Positions 13,162 to 25,661 of a stretch of 64,000 bases of DNA are shown here, piece by piece. The stretch is from the NCBI GenBank assembly GCA_902766725.1, contig CACXEQ010000024.1:13577-77576 (forward strand). Direction: 5' to 3'. This stretch comes from an uncultured Ureaplasma sp. GTDB taxonomy: Bacteria; Bacillota_I; Bacilli_A; Mycoplasmatales; Mycoplasmoidaceae. Position 1 is the first letter of the stretch; every line of letters starts with the position of its first letter. Under the pieces are notes generated by a model. That model was not told the origin of the DNA and made no database searches. It saw nothing but the letters and a program-made list of their open reading frames with translations. The position numbers and the translations under genes are program-made.

Positions 13162-14499
13162 ATGTCAAACATTCATTTTGTTCCAAAAAAATTTATTTTA
13201 GAATTAATTAAACAACAAGTTCAACCAGCATTAGGTTGTACTGAGATAGGAATAGTAACCTTAGCAGCTGCTAAAGCTGGTCAATTATTAAGTGGTAAAA
13301 TCACATCTGCTGAAGTAAAAGTATCAACATGTATATACCGAAATGATGAACGTGTAGGTGTTCCAAGATTGGGGATTTGTGGTATTTCAACTATTGCTGC
13401 TGCTGGTTTTATTTTAAAAAACCCTGAAAAGAAGCTTGATTGTATTAGTAGTTTAGATAAAGAAAAAATTAAATTAGCTAAAGCTTTAGGTGCATCCAAC
13501 AAAATTAAAATAAAAATTGATTACAATGCTAAACCTGTTTACACTTTTGTAAAAGCTATAGATAGTAAAAATAATGTTGCAACTGTTTTAATTGAAGATG
13601 CTCATAATAATATTGTTTCTGCTAAATTAAATGGAAAAGAGACATTAAAAATTAATAACAAATCATGTACAGTTGCTTCATGTAGAATAAATTTCGATAA
13701 GCATGCTGAAGATATGACATTAGAAGAAGTTTATAAAACTATTAAAACAATGAAATTGTCTGACTTATTATTTTTAGAAGATGGCATTAAAATGAATGAT
13801 GCTATTTGTAATTTTGGTCTTAAACATCCATATAAGAAATCAATTACTGAAGCTTTATTAAGAGTTAGTAAAAATAGTAAAAATCTTTTTGGTTTTGCAA
13901 ACAATCATTGAACAAGTAAAGCAATTCTTGCTACATGTGCTGGAGTTGAAGCAAGAATGTATGGATCAACATTACCTGTTATGACTTCTGCTAATTCTGG
14001 TGATCATGGATTAACTGTTTTTATCCCATTATCTGTTCATGCTAAAACAATAAAATTATCAAAAATTAAATTGTTACAATCATTGTTATTTGCTCATTAT
14101 ATTACTTGGTATATTAAATCTCATGTTGGGCATTTATGTGGAATGTGTGGTTGCTCAATAGCTGCAGGTCCTGGAGCTATATGCGGTATTGCTTATCAAT
14201 TAGGCTGATCATGAGATAAAATAAATGATGTTTTAAATGCTCATTTATGTAGTCAAATTAACATAATGTGTGACGGAGCTAAACCATCATGTGCTTATAA
14301 GTGTATAAATACTTTAATTAATGGTTTCTTTGCTATGCATCTTGTTGCTGCTAATGGTCAAATCCGATCTAATGATGGAATTGTTTATAAGAAAGTTGAG
14401 CAAACAATTAAAAATTATCAATTTATTTCACAAAATACATTAAAAAACATTTCTGATACATCAGTTCACACACTTGAAAGAATGAAAAAATTAATTTAA
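13162..14499 (+). CDS. UPF0597 / serine-dehydratase-alpha-like protein (YhaM/CyuA-type L-cysteine desulfidase family)
   Basis: Three track fragments (13162, 13957 and 14266) share one frame and are joined by TGA. The N-terminal motif VQPALGCTEIGIVTLAAAKAG is typical of UPF0597. A Cys cluster GHLCGMCGCSIAAGPGA and a further MCDGAKPSCAYKC are present. Confidence 0.78.
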
Positions 14500-14525
14500 T
14501 TTATCATAAGTAATTTCTATTAATC

Positions 14526-14553
14526 TTGATTTAATTAATAATCAATATATAAT
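14526..14553 (+). promoter_or_regulatory. Putative sigma-70-type promoter of the pheST leader
   Basis: TTGATT (14526..14531), a 16-nt spacer, then TATAAT (14548..14553). It lies just upstream of the T-box leader. Confidence 0.4.
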
Positions 14554-14559
14554 AAAAAA

Positions 14560-14760
14560 GAATTAGGGTTTCTAATTCATTGGTTAAGCCGTCACTATTT
14601 AGAAGAACTTCAAAGTGAGTTTACATTGGTGAGAAAGTAAGCAGGTTTGAAATAGTTATTCACTTAACTAAACAATTTTATAGAGAAAAGCGCACATTAT
14701 TGTGAAGCTATGTGGTACCGCCATCATTGGTCATAGCACAACAACAATGTGTTTTTATTT
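14560..14760 (+). promoter_or_regulatory. T-box riboswitch leader (Phe specifier) controlling pheS-pheT
   Basis: This is a locally GC-richer leader. The T-box core UGUGGUACCGCC lies at 14711..14722, against the consensus GGUGGUACCGCG. It is flanked by GCUAUG...CAUAGC antiterminator arms that leave a UGGUACC bulge. A UUC (Phe) codon followed by A lies at 14609..14612 in the upstream stem region. A U-run (14752..14760) comes immediately before the pheS RBS. Confidence 0.8.
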
Positions 14761-14774
14761 TATAGGAGAACAAA

Positions 14775-15797
14775 ATGTATATTAATAATAAAAATGAGAT
14801 AATAAATGAATTTAAAAAACTAATAGCATCACAGTTAACTGTAAGCAAATTAATAGAAAATAAAAATATTTTTTTTAAGAAAAATATTGTTCCACTATAT
14901 GATTTACTAAAATCATTACCTATTAATGAGAAAAAAAATGCAGGATTGGAAATAAATAGTTTAAATGAAGAACTAATGAATTTATTTTTAAATAGAAAAA
15001 CTGAATTAGAAAATTATTTAGATAATAGTTCTAATAAACTTAACTATTGTTTATATGTTGATACATATAAATTGGATAAAGGTTCTAAATCAATTTTATC
15101 CATTGTTATTGATAAAATTATTAATTATTTTAAAAGATTAAATTTTCAAATTATTGAAGGTGATGAAGTCACAACTATTGAAAATAATATGGATCGATTA
15201 AATATTGATAAAAATCATCCTGCTCGCGATGTTAAAGATACATTTTATATTGATGCAAAAAAAATGTTACGAACTCATTGTACTGCTACAACAGCACAAG
15301 TGATTCATAATAATGATAACGAATTAAAAGTTTTATCATATGGTAATGTATATAGAAATGATGATGATGATTTAACCCACAGTCATCAATTTAACCAAGT
15401 TGATATTGTTTGATTAAAAAATAATTTATCTATTAATCATTTAAAGTCATTAATGGACGGCTTATTGCAATATTTATTTGGCAAGGATATTAAAACCCGT
15501 TATAGATTAAGTTATTTTCCATTTACAGAACCAAGTTTTGAAGTTGATATAAATTGTTTTAATTGCCATGGCAATGGTTGTAGCATGTGTAAACATACAG
15601 GTTGAATTGAAATTTTAGGAGCCGGTTTATTAAATCAAAAAGTTTTAGATATAGCCAATATTAAAACAATTAATTCCGGTATTGCAGCAGGATTAGGAAT
15701 TGAAAGAATAGCTATGTTAATGTATGGAATCAAAGATATTAGAGATATTTACAATAATGATTTTAGATTATTACAACAATTAGGAGGACTAAAATAA
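14775..15797 (+). CDS. pheS: Phenylalanine--tRNA ligase alpha subunit
   Basis: Track ORF 14775..15413 continues through TGA codons to a TAA at 15795..15797 (341 codons). Class II motifs are present: [23 protein letters not shown] and [10 protein letters not shown]...[11 protein letters not shown]. Confidence 0.93.
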
Positions 15798-18127
15798 TGA
15801 TATTTACTAGGAATTTAATAACTAATTTTATCCCTCAATTTTCTCAAATAAATGATCATGAATTTATTACTGCTGTTAATGCCCTTGGAATGGAAATTGA
15901 GGCAATTAATAAATATGATATTCCTACTAATTGTGTTGTAGGAAAAATTATTTCTTTAGATCATATTGAACATACACATCTTACATTATGTAATGTTCAA
16001 ATATCAAAAAATAAAATTGTAAAAATTGTATGTGGAGCAAAAAATTTAATAGCAGATAAAAAGGTTGTTGTTGCTTTGCCTGGTGCAAGAGTAAATGGGC
16101 AACTAATAAATATTAGGAATATAAAAGGTATTGATTCACATGGTATGATGTGTTCATATAGTGAATTAGTAGGATCTAATCAGTATCTTCCTGAAGATGA
16201 AAAAGATGAGATTGTGATGTTTGATGATGGTGAAATTGGTTCAGATGATTGAATTAAAATTATTGGTTTAGATGATACAATTTATGATATAGCTGTTCCA
16301 GCCAACAGAAATGATGAAAATAGTTATTTAGTTTTTTGTTTTGAAGTAGCTAATAAATTAGATTTAAAATTTAATTTCGACTTAAAAGATATTAATTTTA
16401 AAAAGTTAGAAGATAATATTGATGATAGTCTAGTAGCAAATAAAAAAATTTGTAATTTTATTAGTTTTTTAGATTATTCTATTGACAAAGCTTACTTACA
16501 AAAATCCATATGACAAGTTAAGTCTATTTTAATTAATCATAGGATTAGACCAATTAATTATCTCTTAGATAAATTAAATTATTTTAGTTTATTAACTAAT
16601 TGTTCTATCCATGTTTATGATGCTGATAAACTTACTAATTCATTAGTTTGTAAACTTGTAGACAAATCCCAAGATTTTATAGCATTAGATAACCAACATT
16701 ATCAAATAAATGAAAATGACATAGCATTATATGATGGACCAAAACCAGTTTGCTTAGCAACTATTATTGGTTCAAATGAAACAAAATTAACTAATTCAAC
16801 TAATAATATAAAAATTGAAGTTGGTAATTTTAATTTTGTTAACATTAGAAATACATCAATTCGATTAAATATTGACAATTTAGCTAGTAAGAGATCATGT
16901 AAACCGATAAGTAATTATCTTAATTTTTTAACAGTTGAATTAATTAAAAAATTTTTTGGAAATCCTAAAAAATTTAAAATATTTATTAAACCTAATTGGA
17001 TTAACAAACTAATAAAATTAAGTAATAAAGCATTAAATACTTTTATTGTTCCTAAAATAAGTTATGTATTTGCAACAATGTCATTAAAAAAATTAGGTTT
17101 TAAACCTCATTATTTAATGCGACTTCATTTTAAAGTTCCCCAATGAAGAATTGATGTAACAACTCAACAGGATTTATTGGAAGAAATTATTAAAATAATG
17201 GATGTTAATATGCTTCAACCAATTGCAATAAATGATAAATTATTACCACTCCAAAATAATGATGAATATGATATTAAACAAAAAATTAAAGATGTTTTAT
17301 TAAATAATTATTTTTATGAAGTCAAAACATACAATTTAATTAACAAAAAGAAAATAGATAAATTTAATATTTTTGGTTTATCAAATCCATTAAAAATTAA
17401 AACTAGTAATTCAAATAGAGAACATTTTAGATTGAGTTTAATTGATAATATGCTTTATGTTTATCAATACAATAATGCTCGTAAATTGGATCTAATACCT
17501 ATTTTTGAAATTCAAAATATTTTTACCAGTGATGTCAAAATAACTAATTTAACATGTTTATCTAATGATAAATTATTCATAGATCATGCAACAAATTGTT
17601 TTATTCCTATTAATTTAAATTATTTTAAAAGTGTTTTGAATAATATTAGAAATATATTAAATATTCAATTTGAATATGCAACTGGACATAAAAAAGATTT
17701 TTATGATAATGAATGTTTAAGTATTATTGCTAACACCAAAGTTGTTGGATATATGGGCAAAATAAAAAATACTTGTCTACATGATTATGATTTAGATAAT
17801 AAAAATATTTATTGTATGACTATTAATATTGGTGAGTTAATAGCAAATTTCAAAAAAAATGACTTTAAAATTACTTTATTTGGTCCATATCAAAGAATGT
17901 ATAAAGATGTTGATGTTGCTCTTGATAATGCCAACTGTGAGCTAATAAGTTATCGTTTAAATAGTATTAAAAAAATAAAAGGTATAGTAAATTGTGAAAT
18001 AATTAGTATTTATCAAAAAAATAACATAACTACTTTCACAATTAGATATTATTTAGATGATTCTAAACAATATACATGCGCAGATCTAGAACAAATTTCT
18101 AGAGAAATAGATTTAGTAATTAAGTAG
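15797..18127 (+). CDS. pheT: Phenylalanine--tRNA ligase beta subunit
   Basis: The ATG overlaps the pheS stop (TAATG). Fragments 15797..16252 and 17177..18127 share the frame, giving 777 codons. The N-terminus has a tRNA-binding (EMAP-like) domain: VVGKIISLDHIEHTHLTLCNVQ...IVCGAKN. Confidence 0.9.
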
Positions 18128-18185
18128 CTGATAAATTAATTGAAAATTGATCATAAAATTTATATTTATTATTATTTGGCAGATT

Positions 18186-18581
18186 TCAAACTAAATCTAC
18201 GATTATTTTTTTACTTGAAATAATTTTGTATTTGCAAGATATATCATAATTTGCATAATCCTTGCTAAAAACTGATATATTTTTTAGTGCATCAATTACC
18301 ATTAACTTTAAATTTAATAAAAATTTATTTTCATTAATAAAATATGTCAATTGATTATTGCTTGTGGAATAATCAACTAAATTATTTAACAATTTATTAT
18401 TAGCAATTTTGTTATAGATAGGATAATAATGATAGAATCTGCCTCTTGTAGGGTTGTTGTAATTAATGTTTTCATGTTTATTAGTTTTAATAGCGAAGTT
18501 AGCTAAAATTGTTGATCCAACTATTATTAAAGTAGTGGTAGCGGTGATTATTGCAATAACTTTTTTGGAAACTTTAATCAT
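18186..18581 (-). CDS. Hypothetical membrane-anchored protein (131 aa)
   Basis: Uninterrupted ORF. It has an N-terminal signal-anchor MIKVSKKVIAIITATTTLIIVGSTILANFAI. It overlaps the stop of the upstream ORF by 8 nt, suggesting translational coupling. No recognisable family. Confidence 0.6.
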   Translation of the reverse strand: MIKVSKKVIAIITATTTLIIVGSTILANFAIKTNKHENINYNNPTRGRFYHYYPIYNKIANNKLLNNLVDYSTSNNQLTYFINENKFLLNLKLMVIDALKNISVFSKDYANYDISCKYKIISSKKIIVDLV

Positions 18582-19605
18582 TTAATTTAACCTCCTTAAA
18601 ATCTTTTAAGTTATCAATTGATATATGTGAGATAAAAATATGAGGTTTTGTGGAAAAATTGTTGAAGTTAAATGGATTTTTAATAGCAATTTTAACAGTG
18701 TTATTTTCTTGTTTTAATTGTAAGTATAGTTCATAATAACCTTCTACATTTATTGGAAGATAAAAACCTTTTATTCCATATGGGTCATATGTTACTTGTT
18801 CATTATCATAATCGTATATTGTTGATGAATTAAATGATATATTTAATTCATTCACATATGTTGAATCAGGTAACAGACTTATTGTATATGTCTTGGAGTT
18901 ATATTCAAGTTTTTTTGCATAAACAAATTTTACTTCAGCAGACAAAATTTGAAATTCATTTGTTGATTTAATATTTGCTAAGTCTATTATTGGTTCAATG
19001 CTATCAGTATAGTTATTACAACTGATGTTGACAATATTAAAATTTTCTATGCATTTTTTACCTTTGGTAAGTTGGTACCCATAAATATTGTTTATTGACC
19101 CTTTATTTTGGATTAAATAACTATTACTATAATACAATTCCATATCACATTTTTGTTCTTGAATTTCAACTATTAATTGATCTATTGCTTGTTGATCAAA
19201 ATTTATTCCTGCATTTTTTAATGGAGCTGTATCCATTTCCAAATTTAATGTGCAATTTAATTTTGTGTTGTTGATATCTTGTTTAAAAAAATCATTTCCA
19301 GCAATATTGATTTGGGTATTAGTTTGATAAATATGACAATATTCATTATATTTATAGTTATCAGCAGATGCTCTTGATTGATTAGAAGCTAAATTGAAGG
19401 TTATTTCATTCACTTCTTGATATGGTAATTTTAAATTTCCTAACAAAACATTAGGTGGCAATAGTGAATTATTGATAGTAAATAAATCTATATGAAAATC
19501 TCAATAATTATCTTTCAAAACTATAATTGATTCAATATGATCTAAATAAAAATATTGACAATAGTTTGTGTTATTAGGAATTTTTTTAATGTAATAATAT
19601 GCCAT
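18574..19605 (-). CDS. Hypothetical Asn/Tyr-rich protein (343 aa from the ATG; probable N-terminal membrane anchor if an upstream alternative start is used)
   Basis: The ATG at 19605 (MAYYYIKKIPNN...) joins track ORF 18574..19461 through one TGA. The frame is open a further 24 codons upstream, to a TAA at 19678..19680. That stretch encodes ...NIILYFSLHFILKVLIIVW, a TM-like segment, with candidate table-4 starts (ATA 19677, ATA 19659, ATT 19656, GTG 19623). Confidence 0.6.
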
Positions 19606-19736
19606 TCATACAATAATTAACACTTTTAAAATAAAATGTAAAGAAAAATATAAAATTATGTTTTGGTTTTTTTGTATTTATTGGGTAATACTTTCAAAAC
19701 AACACTATATTTAAATAGTCTCATTTGATTAAAACA

Positions 19737-20468
19737 TTAATTAAGATTGATTTTTTTCAATGTTTCACCAACCGGTTCATTAATTGTTAATAATGTATTT
19801 ACATTTTTATGAACATCATCTTTGTTTATTAAAATTAAATTTTTACCTCGAAAATAGTCAATTAAACCAGCAGCAGGATAAACAGTTAAACTTGTTCCTG
19901 CTACAATTAATGTATCACAATTAACAATAGCATTTATAGCACCATCTATAGTTATATTATTTAATGCTTCATTATATAGGACTACATCAGGTTTAATTAT
20001 TCCATTACATGAACATATAGGAACTATTTTTTTATTCTTAAATTTAATAATATCATTTATGTTGTAATATTTGTGACATCTTATACAATGGTTGTTATAA
20101 ATTGAACCATGTAATTCATAAACTTTTTTGCTACCTGCTAATTGATGCAAGCCATCTATATTTTGAGTGATAATTGCAGTGATTTTGCTCATTTTTTCTC
20201 ATTTAGCTAATTGGTAGTGGGCAGCATTTGGTTTGATAGATAAATTAATCATTTTATCAAAATAATACTCATAAAATTTGTCTGGATGTTCCATAAAATA
20301 ATTATGTGAAAGAATGATTTCAGGAGAGATATCATATTTTTGATTATATAAACCATCTTTTGAACGAAAATCAGGAATACCACTTTCAGTACTAACTCCA
20401 GCTCCACCGAAAAATACAATGGAATGAGAATTTTGCATTATTTCTTGTAATTGTTCTATTTTATTCAT
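19737..20468 (-). CDS. cobB: NAD-dependent protein deacylase (Sir2 family)
   Basis: Fragments 20199..20468 and 19737..20192 are joined by one TGA (244 codons). Motifs present: GAGVSTESGIPDFRS, TQNIDGLH and the Zn ribbon CIRCHK...CSCNG. Confidence 0.9.
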
Positions 20469-20494
20469 GACTATTAATTATAATAATTATTATC

Positions 20495-20920
20495 ATGCGA
20501 GCAATAGGAATAGATTTTGGTACTAAAGTTATAGGATTAGCTATTACTAATACTGAAAAAACAATTGTTACTCCTCTACAACAATTTATTTATCATAAAA
20601 ATGATTTAGTATCATGTGCAATTAATCTTAAGAAAAAATGTTTGAGATATGGTGACATTGATACTTGTGTCATTGGTTATCCATTATATAAATCTGGTGA
20701 TAAAAGTCCAATGTGTTTAATTATTGATCAATTTAAAACATTATTGCCTAAATATTTTCCTGGAATAGTTATTCATTTGCAGGATGAGAGATATAGCACT
20801 TTAACAGCTTCTGGTTTATTAAAAGACGCAGGTTTAAAATCAAGTCAAATTAAAAAGGTAAAGGATAAAATATCAGCAGCTGTTATTCTAGAAAGTTGAC
20901 TTAAAAATGCAAAAGTTTAA
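20495..20920 (+). CDS. ruvX: Holliday-junction-resolvase-like nuclease RuvX (YqgF)
   Basis: MRAIGIDFGTKVIGLAITN is the YqgF N-terminal motif. The ORF is extended through a TGA at 20897..20899 to a TAA at 20918..20920. Confidence 0.85.
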
Positions 20921-21458
20921 ACAATTTAATTTGTATCACCAAATTCCTATTATGAGAGATAAAACTATTGATAAACTTTATCATTTATTTAATGATTATA
21001 AAAATGCTGAAATTTTAGAAATAGGTACTGGTTTTGGGTATTCGTCTTTATTTTTGTCTAAACATAAAAATATTAAGAAAATAATTTCATTAGAAAAAGA
21101 TGTTAAAAGATTTAATGTTGCTAAAAAATGGTTAGCTGATAATAAAAAAATTGAATTAATTAATATTTCTGCTTTTGATTATTTACCAAATCAATTATTT
21201 GATTGTTTAATTATGGATGGACCAAAAAGAAAGCAAGAAATATTATTTAATAAATTTTCTAAATTTATTTCTGATAATGGTTTTGTTTTTATTGATAATT
21301 TAAATTTATTTCAAAAAACTAATAAAATAATGACAAAAAATAGATTAAATTTAAAAAAATCTGTTGAAAAATTTAAATTATTTATAACAAATATTCCTAA
21401 TTGGAATGTAAAATTATTTAATATAGATGATGGATTTGCTATTGTAAGGAGGAAATAA
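20907..21458 (+). CDS. Class I SAM-dependent O-methyltransferase (YrrM/TrmR-like)
   Basis: 183-aa ORF. The SAM-binding motif ILEIGTGFGYSSLFL and a downstream LIMDGPK are present. Its position between ruvX and two U32-family genes mirrors the B. subtilis order yrrK-(yrrL)-yrrM-yrrN-yrrO. Confidence 0.72.
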   Translation: MQKFKQFNLYHQIPIMRDKTIDKLYHLFNDYKNAEILEIGTGFGYSSLFLSKHKNIKKIISLEKDVKRFNVAKKWLADNKKIELINISAFDYLPNQLFDCLIMDGPKRKQEILFNKFSKFISDNGFVFIDNLNLFQKTNKIMTKNRLNLKKSVEKFKLFITNIPNWNVKLFNIDDGFAIVRRK

Positions 21459-22366
21459 TGAAAATTTGAGTTAATCCAATAGGATTTAACCATGCAAATG
21501 AGTTAATTAAAAATAATAGTGTCGATTATGTTATTGTTGGTGTTAAACATAGAATGTCATGTTACAATACTTGTTTGTTAACACTTGCTCAAATCAAACA
21601 AATTAATTGTCCTAAAATCGTTGTTAGTTTGAATAATTTGTATGTTGAATCACAACTAAAAGAGATTGTTAAAATTTTAAAATTTTTAAAGAACATTAAA
21701 ATTAAAACTATTATTTTTTTGGATTTTGCAATTAAACAAATTTGTGATGAAATCAACTATAAACCAAATTTTGTTTATTATTCAGAAACTTTATTGACTA
21801 ATTATGGTCAATTACCTTTTTTCAAAAAAAATAATATAAATAATGTAGTTTTATCAAATAAATTATTTTTAAATGAAATAAAGCAAATTGCTAATAATTC
21901 ACATGGTATTAAATTGCATATGCAAGCAGAAGGTTATGATTTAGTAATGCGTTCAAAGTGAAAATTATTATCAAATTTTGGTAAACAATTTAAGATAAAT
22001 AAAAAATTTAATAATAATTACTTTTTTTTAAAAGAAGAAACAAGAGATTTAGCAAATATTATTTCCCAAGATGAAACTGGATCATATATTTTCACTGGTT
22101 ATAATTTATCAATTTTGAATTTTTTAGATCAATTAAGTGAATGAGTTGATTCTATCTTTTTTTTGAGTTATTTACATGATAAAAAATGGGTCGATAGAAA
22201 TATAAAAATTTATACAGAGGCTATAAAAAGTATTAAAAATAAATTTTTTGTAAAAAACAAGCAAAATTTTATTAATGAAATTAATAAAATAAACCATATT
22301 TCATCTGGTGGCTTTTTATCATCATCAAAAGGTTTATTACATTTAAAAAGGATTGATAATGAATAA
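21458..22366 (+). CDS. Peptidase-U32-family protein (YrrN-like)
   Basis: The ATG overlaps the preceding stop. The product starts MKIWVNPIGFNHANELIKNNSVDYVIVG. Three track fragments share one frame (303 codons). The assignment rests mainly on its context next to the clearer U32 paralogue. Confidence 0.65.
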
Positions 22367-23573
22367 ACATATAGAATTATTAGCACCTGCTGGGGATTTA
22401 GATAGAGCTAAAATTGCCATTAATTTTAATGCTAATGCCATATATTTTGGTGGTAAAAAATATTCATTGAGAGCCAGAGCAAATAATTTTACTATTAGTG
22501 AAATAAAAAAAGTTATAGTTTATGCTCACAAGAATAAAGTAAAAGTTTACATTGTGATAAACATAATATGTCATAATAGTATGATTCATGGATTCAAAAA
22601 ATATTTAGATAAAATTATGCTATGTAATCCTGATGGACTTATTTGTGCAGATCCATATATTATGGATGTAATTCATAAATATTATCCTAAAATAGCTATT
22701 CATGTATCAACACAGCAATCAATAACAAATTCAAAAGCTGCATTATTTTGAAAAACAACTGTTGGTGCTAAAAGAGTAATTACAGCTCGCGAAGTTGATT
22801 TTCAAAATTTAAAACTAATGATAAAAAATTTAAAAAATAAAATGGATGTAGAATATTTTATTCATGGTGCTTTATGTGTGAGCTATTCAGGTCATTGTAT
22901 GATGTCAAATATTTTTAGTTTGCGTGATCCTAATGTTGGTGGTTGTGCTCAAAGTTGTAGATGATATTGAAAACTATATGATAAAAACAAAAAAATAATT
23001 TCCAATAAATTTATGTTATCTGCTAAAGATTTATGCCATATATCCAATTTAAAAAAGTTAATTAAGATAGGTGTTAATAGTTTGAAAATTGAAGGAAGAA
23101 TGAAGTCATCACATTATATTGCTACAATTTGCAACAATTATGCTCATGCATTAAATGATTATTATCATAATTGTTTAACTCAAAAAAGAATTACAATGTA
23201 TATAAATGACCTAGCCAAAGCAGCGAATCGTCTAACATCTGTTGGTTGATTTAATGGTAATCCTAATAATTATCAAATGATATATAACAAAGATCAAAAA
23301 AATAGTGTTTTACAAAATTTTGTTTTCATTATTAAGAAAAAGATAAGTAAATTTGTTTATGAAATAATTTCTAAAAATTATTTAAATGTCAATAATAAAC
23401 TAGAAGTATTTGGCTCTAGTCATGATCTTATTACCAATATTAAAATTAAAAAAATTTTTGATGTTAATAATCAGCAATATGTTGAAATAATAAATAAACC
23501 AATGAGGTTATATAGAATTGAATTAGATTGTCAAAATTTAAAAGTTGGAGATTTTGGTAGAGTTTTTAAATAA
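22353..23573 (+). CDS. Peptidase-U32-family protein (YrrO-like)
   Basis: MIMNKHIELLAPAGDLDRAKIAINFNANAIYFGGKKYSLRARANNF is the typical U32 N-terminus. Further motifs are HGALCVSYSGHCMMS and KIEGRMKS. Three fragments share one frame (407 codons). Confidence 0.85.
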
Positions 23574-24689
23574 TTTGTCATGCTTTTGAATTAGTTTATC
23601 TTGTAATCTCATTTTTTTAAGTAAGTATGAAGCTTCTTTTTTTTGATCTTTTGTTCATTTTGTGGCTTGAACAATATTTGATGGAACAATGTTATAAATA
23701 AATTTAGCAAAAAATATTCCACTATATTTTGTTTTATGAAATAATTTCAAAATAATAGGAGTGATTTTTCCAATGCAATCATTTTCAATTTCATATGCTT
23801 TTACTTTTCTATAGCATTCTTTGATAATAGTTGATTTTTGTTTTTTAGTAAAGTTATAGTTTTGAGCTAATACTTCCATTATTCAATATAAAAGATAATT
23901 AATAATTTTTTTAGCAGCCATAATTCTTTTTTTAGGTAACTTTTTGATAGGAATAGTTAGTAAATATTCAAAAACATATAAAAAATCAGCAAATTTTTTA
24001 ATAGAATTTTTTATGTAAATTATTTGCTCATCTTTACGAATATGGTATTGATATAAATGAATTTTTTTATTTAAATAAACAATTTTTTTTATTTTTAATA
24101 AAGTTTGATAATATAAAGCAATGTCAGAAAAACTGACATATTCTGGTAATGGCTGAATTTGTTTAAGTAGAGATAAAGAGTAAATAGAATTATGAATAGT
24201 TAAAATTGAATATAATGTCATGTTATTAAAATTAACATATTTTCTTTTTTTTGATGTTAATGAAATTACTGATCGTTTATGTTTAATTTTATTTTTTTTA
24301 TGAAATAACATATCATAATTTAGAATAACCAAATCAGTATTTTTTCTTATTTGTCTTAAATTATTTAAAACTTCTTGAAAATAATTAATGTTGTATTCAT
24401 CATCACTATCAAGTAATGAAAAAAATCTACTTTTAGCTTTTTTTATGGCAAAATTTATACAGCTGCCTTGATTGCCGTTTTGTTTTTTAAAATAATGGAT
24501 TTGTTTAGGGCAAGAATTAAGATAAGGTTTAATAACTTTATACAAATTATCAGTAGAGCCATCATCCACTAATAAGACATCAATATCATCATTGTTTTTA
24601 AAAATAATAGAGTTTAGAGTTTTTTGAATGGTTTTTGTGCAATTATAGCAGCAAATCAATATTGTTCAAGTTTTTAAATTTTTTGACAT
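23538..24689 (-). CDS. Family 2 glycosyltransferase
   Basis: The ATG at 24689 opens MSKNLKTWTILICCYNCTKTIQKTLNSI...VLLVDDGSTD...LLDSDDEY, giving the GT-A fold DxD signatures. It continues through two TGA codons to a TAA at 23538..23540 (384 codons). Confidence 0.8.
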
Positions 24690-24690
24690 A

Positions 24691-25659
24691 TTATTTAATA
24701 TATTTTTTTCTAAAGTTGTAATCAGATATTATCATATCTTCTAAATTGTATTTAATTTTTCAATTTAAAATTCTTCTAATTTTACTATTGCTTGCAATTA
24801 GTTTATCAGGATCACCACTTCTATTTGGTTTAATAGTATATTTAAGTTTTGGATAAAAGCATTTTTTATAAATTTTAACAATATCCATTACTGTGTAACC
24901 TTTATTGGTGCCCAAACAAAAAATATTTGAATTATTTTTGCTTAAATATTTAAGTGCTAACAAAGCTGCATTAGATAAGTCTTCCACATGAATGTAATCA
25001 CGCAAGCATGTTCCATCTTTGGTTTTATATTTATTACCAAATATATTAATTGGATCATTATTAATAATTGCTTTGTTAATACATGGTATTAATAAAGATG
25101 GATGTTTTTTTAACATACCATATTTACCATTATCACTTGTTCCTGCCACATTAAAAAAGCGAAAAATAACATAATTTATTTTATGAATATTACATATAGA
25201 TGTAATAATTTTTTCGCAAATCAATTTGCTTGTTCCATAAGGATTGCATGGATTTGTTTTTGATAATTCATTCAAAGGCATTTTATTATTTTTTCCATAG
25301 ACAGCTGCTGAACTAGCAAAAAGAATATTATTGACTTTATTTTTTTTCATTACTTTTAATACATTAATTAATCCAATAATATTTGTTTCATAATAACTAA
25401 TTGGTTTTTCCATTGATTCAGGAACAATTATTTTTGCAGCATATAAAGTCACAAAATCAATTTTATTATTTTTAAAAATATTATCAAGTAATTTATAGTC
25501 AAGCATTGATCCATGAATAAATTTTGCTCGTGGATGAACAAGTTGTTTAAATCCAGTTGATAAATCATCTAAAACAATTACTTTGTAACCATTTTGGATA
25601 AAATTTTCTGTTGCTACAGAACCAATATAGCCTGCTCCACCTACATTTAATATTGTCAT
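24691..25659 (-). CDS. galE: UDP-glucose 4-epimerase
   Basis: MTILNVGGAGYIGS is the Rossmann GxxGxxG motif. The catalytic YGTSK motif is present. Total is 323 codons including one TGA. Confidence 0.9.
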
Positions 25660-25661
25660 TT

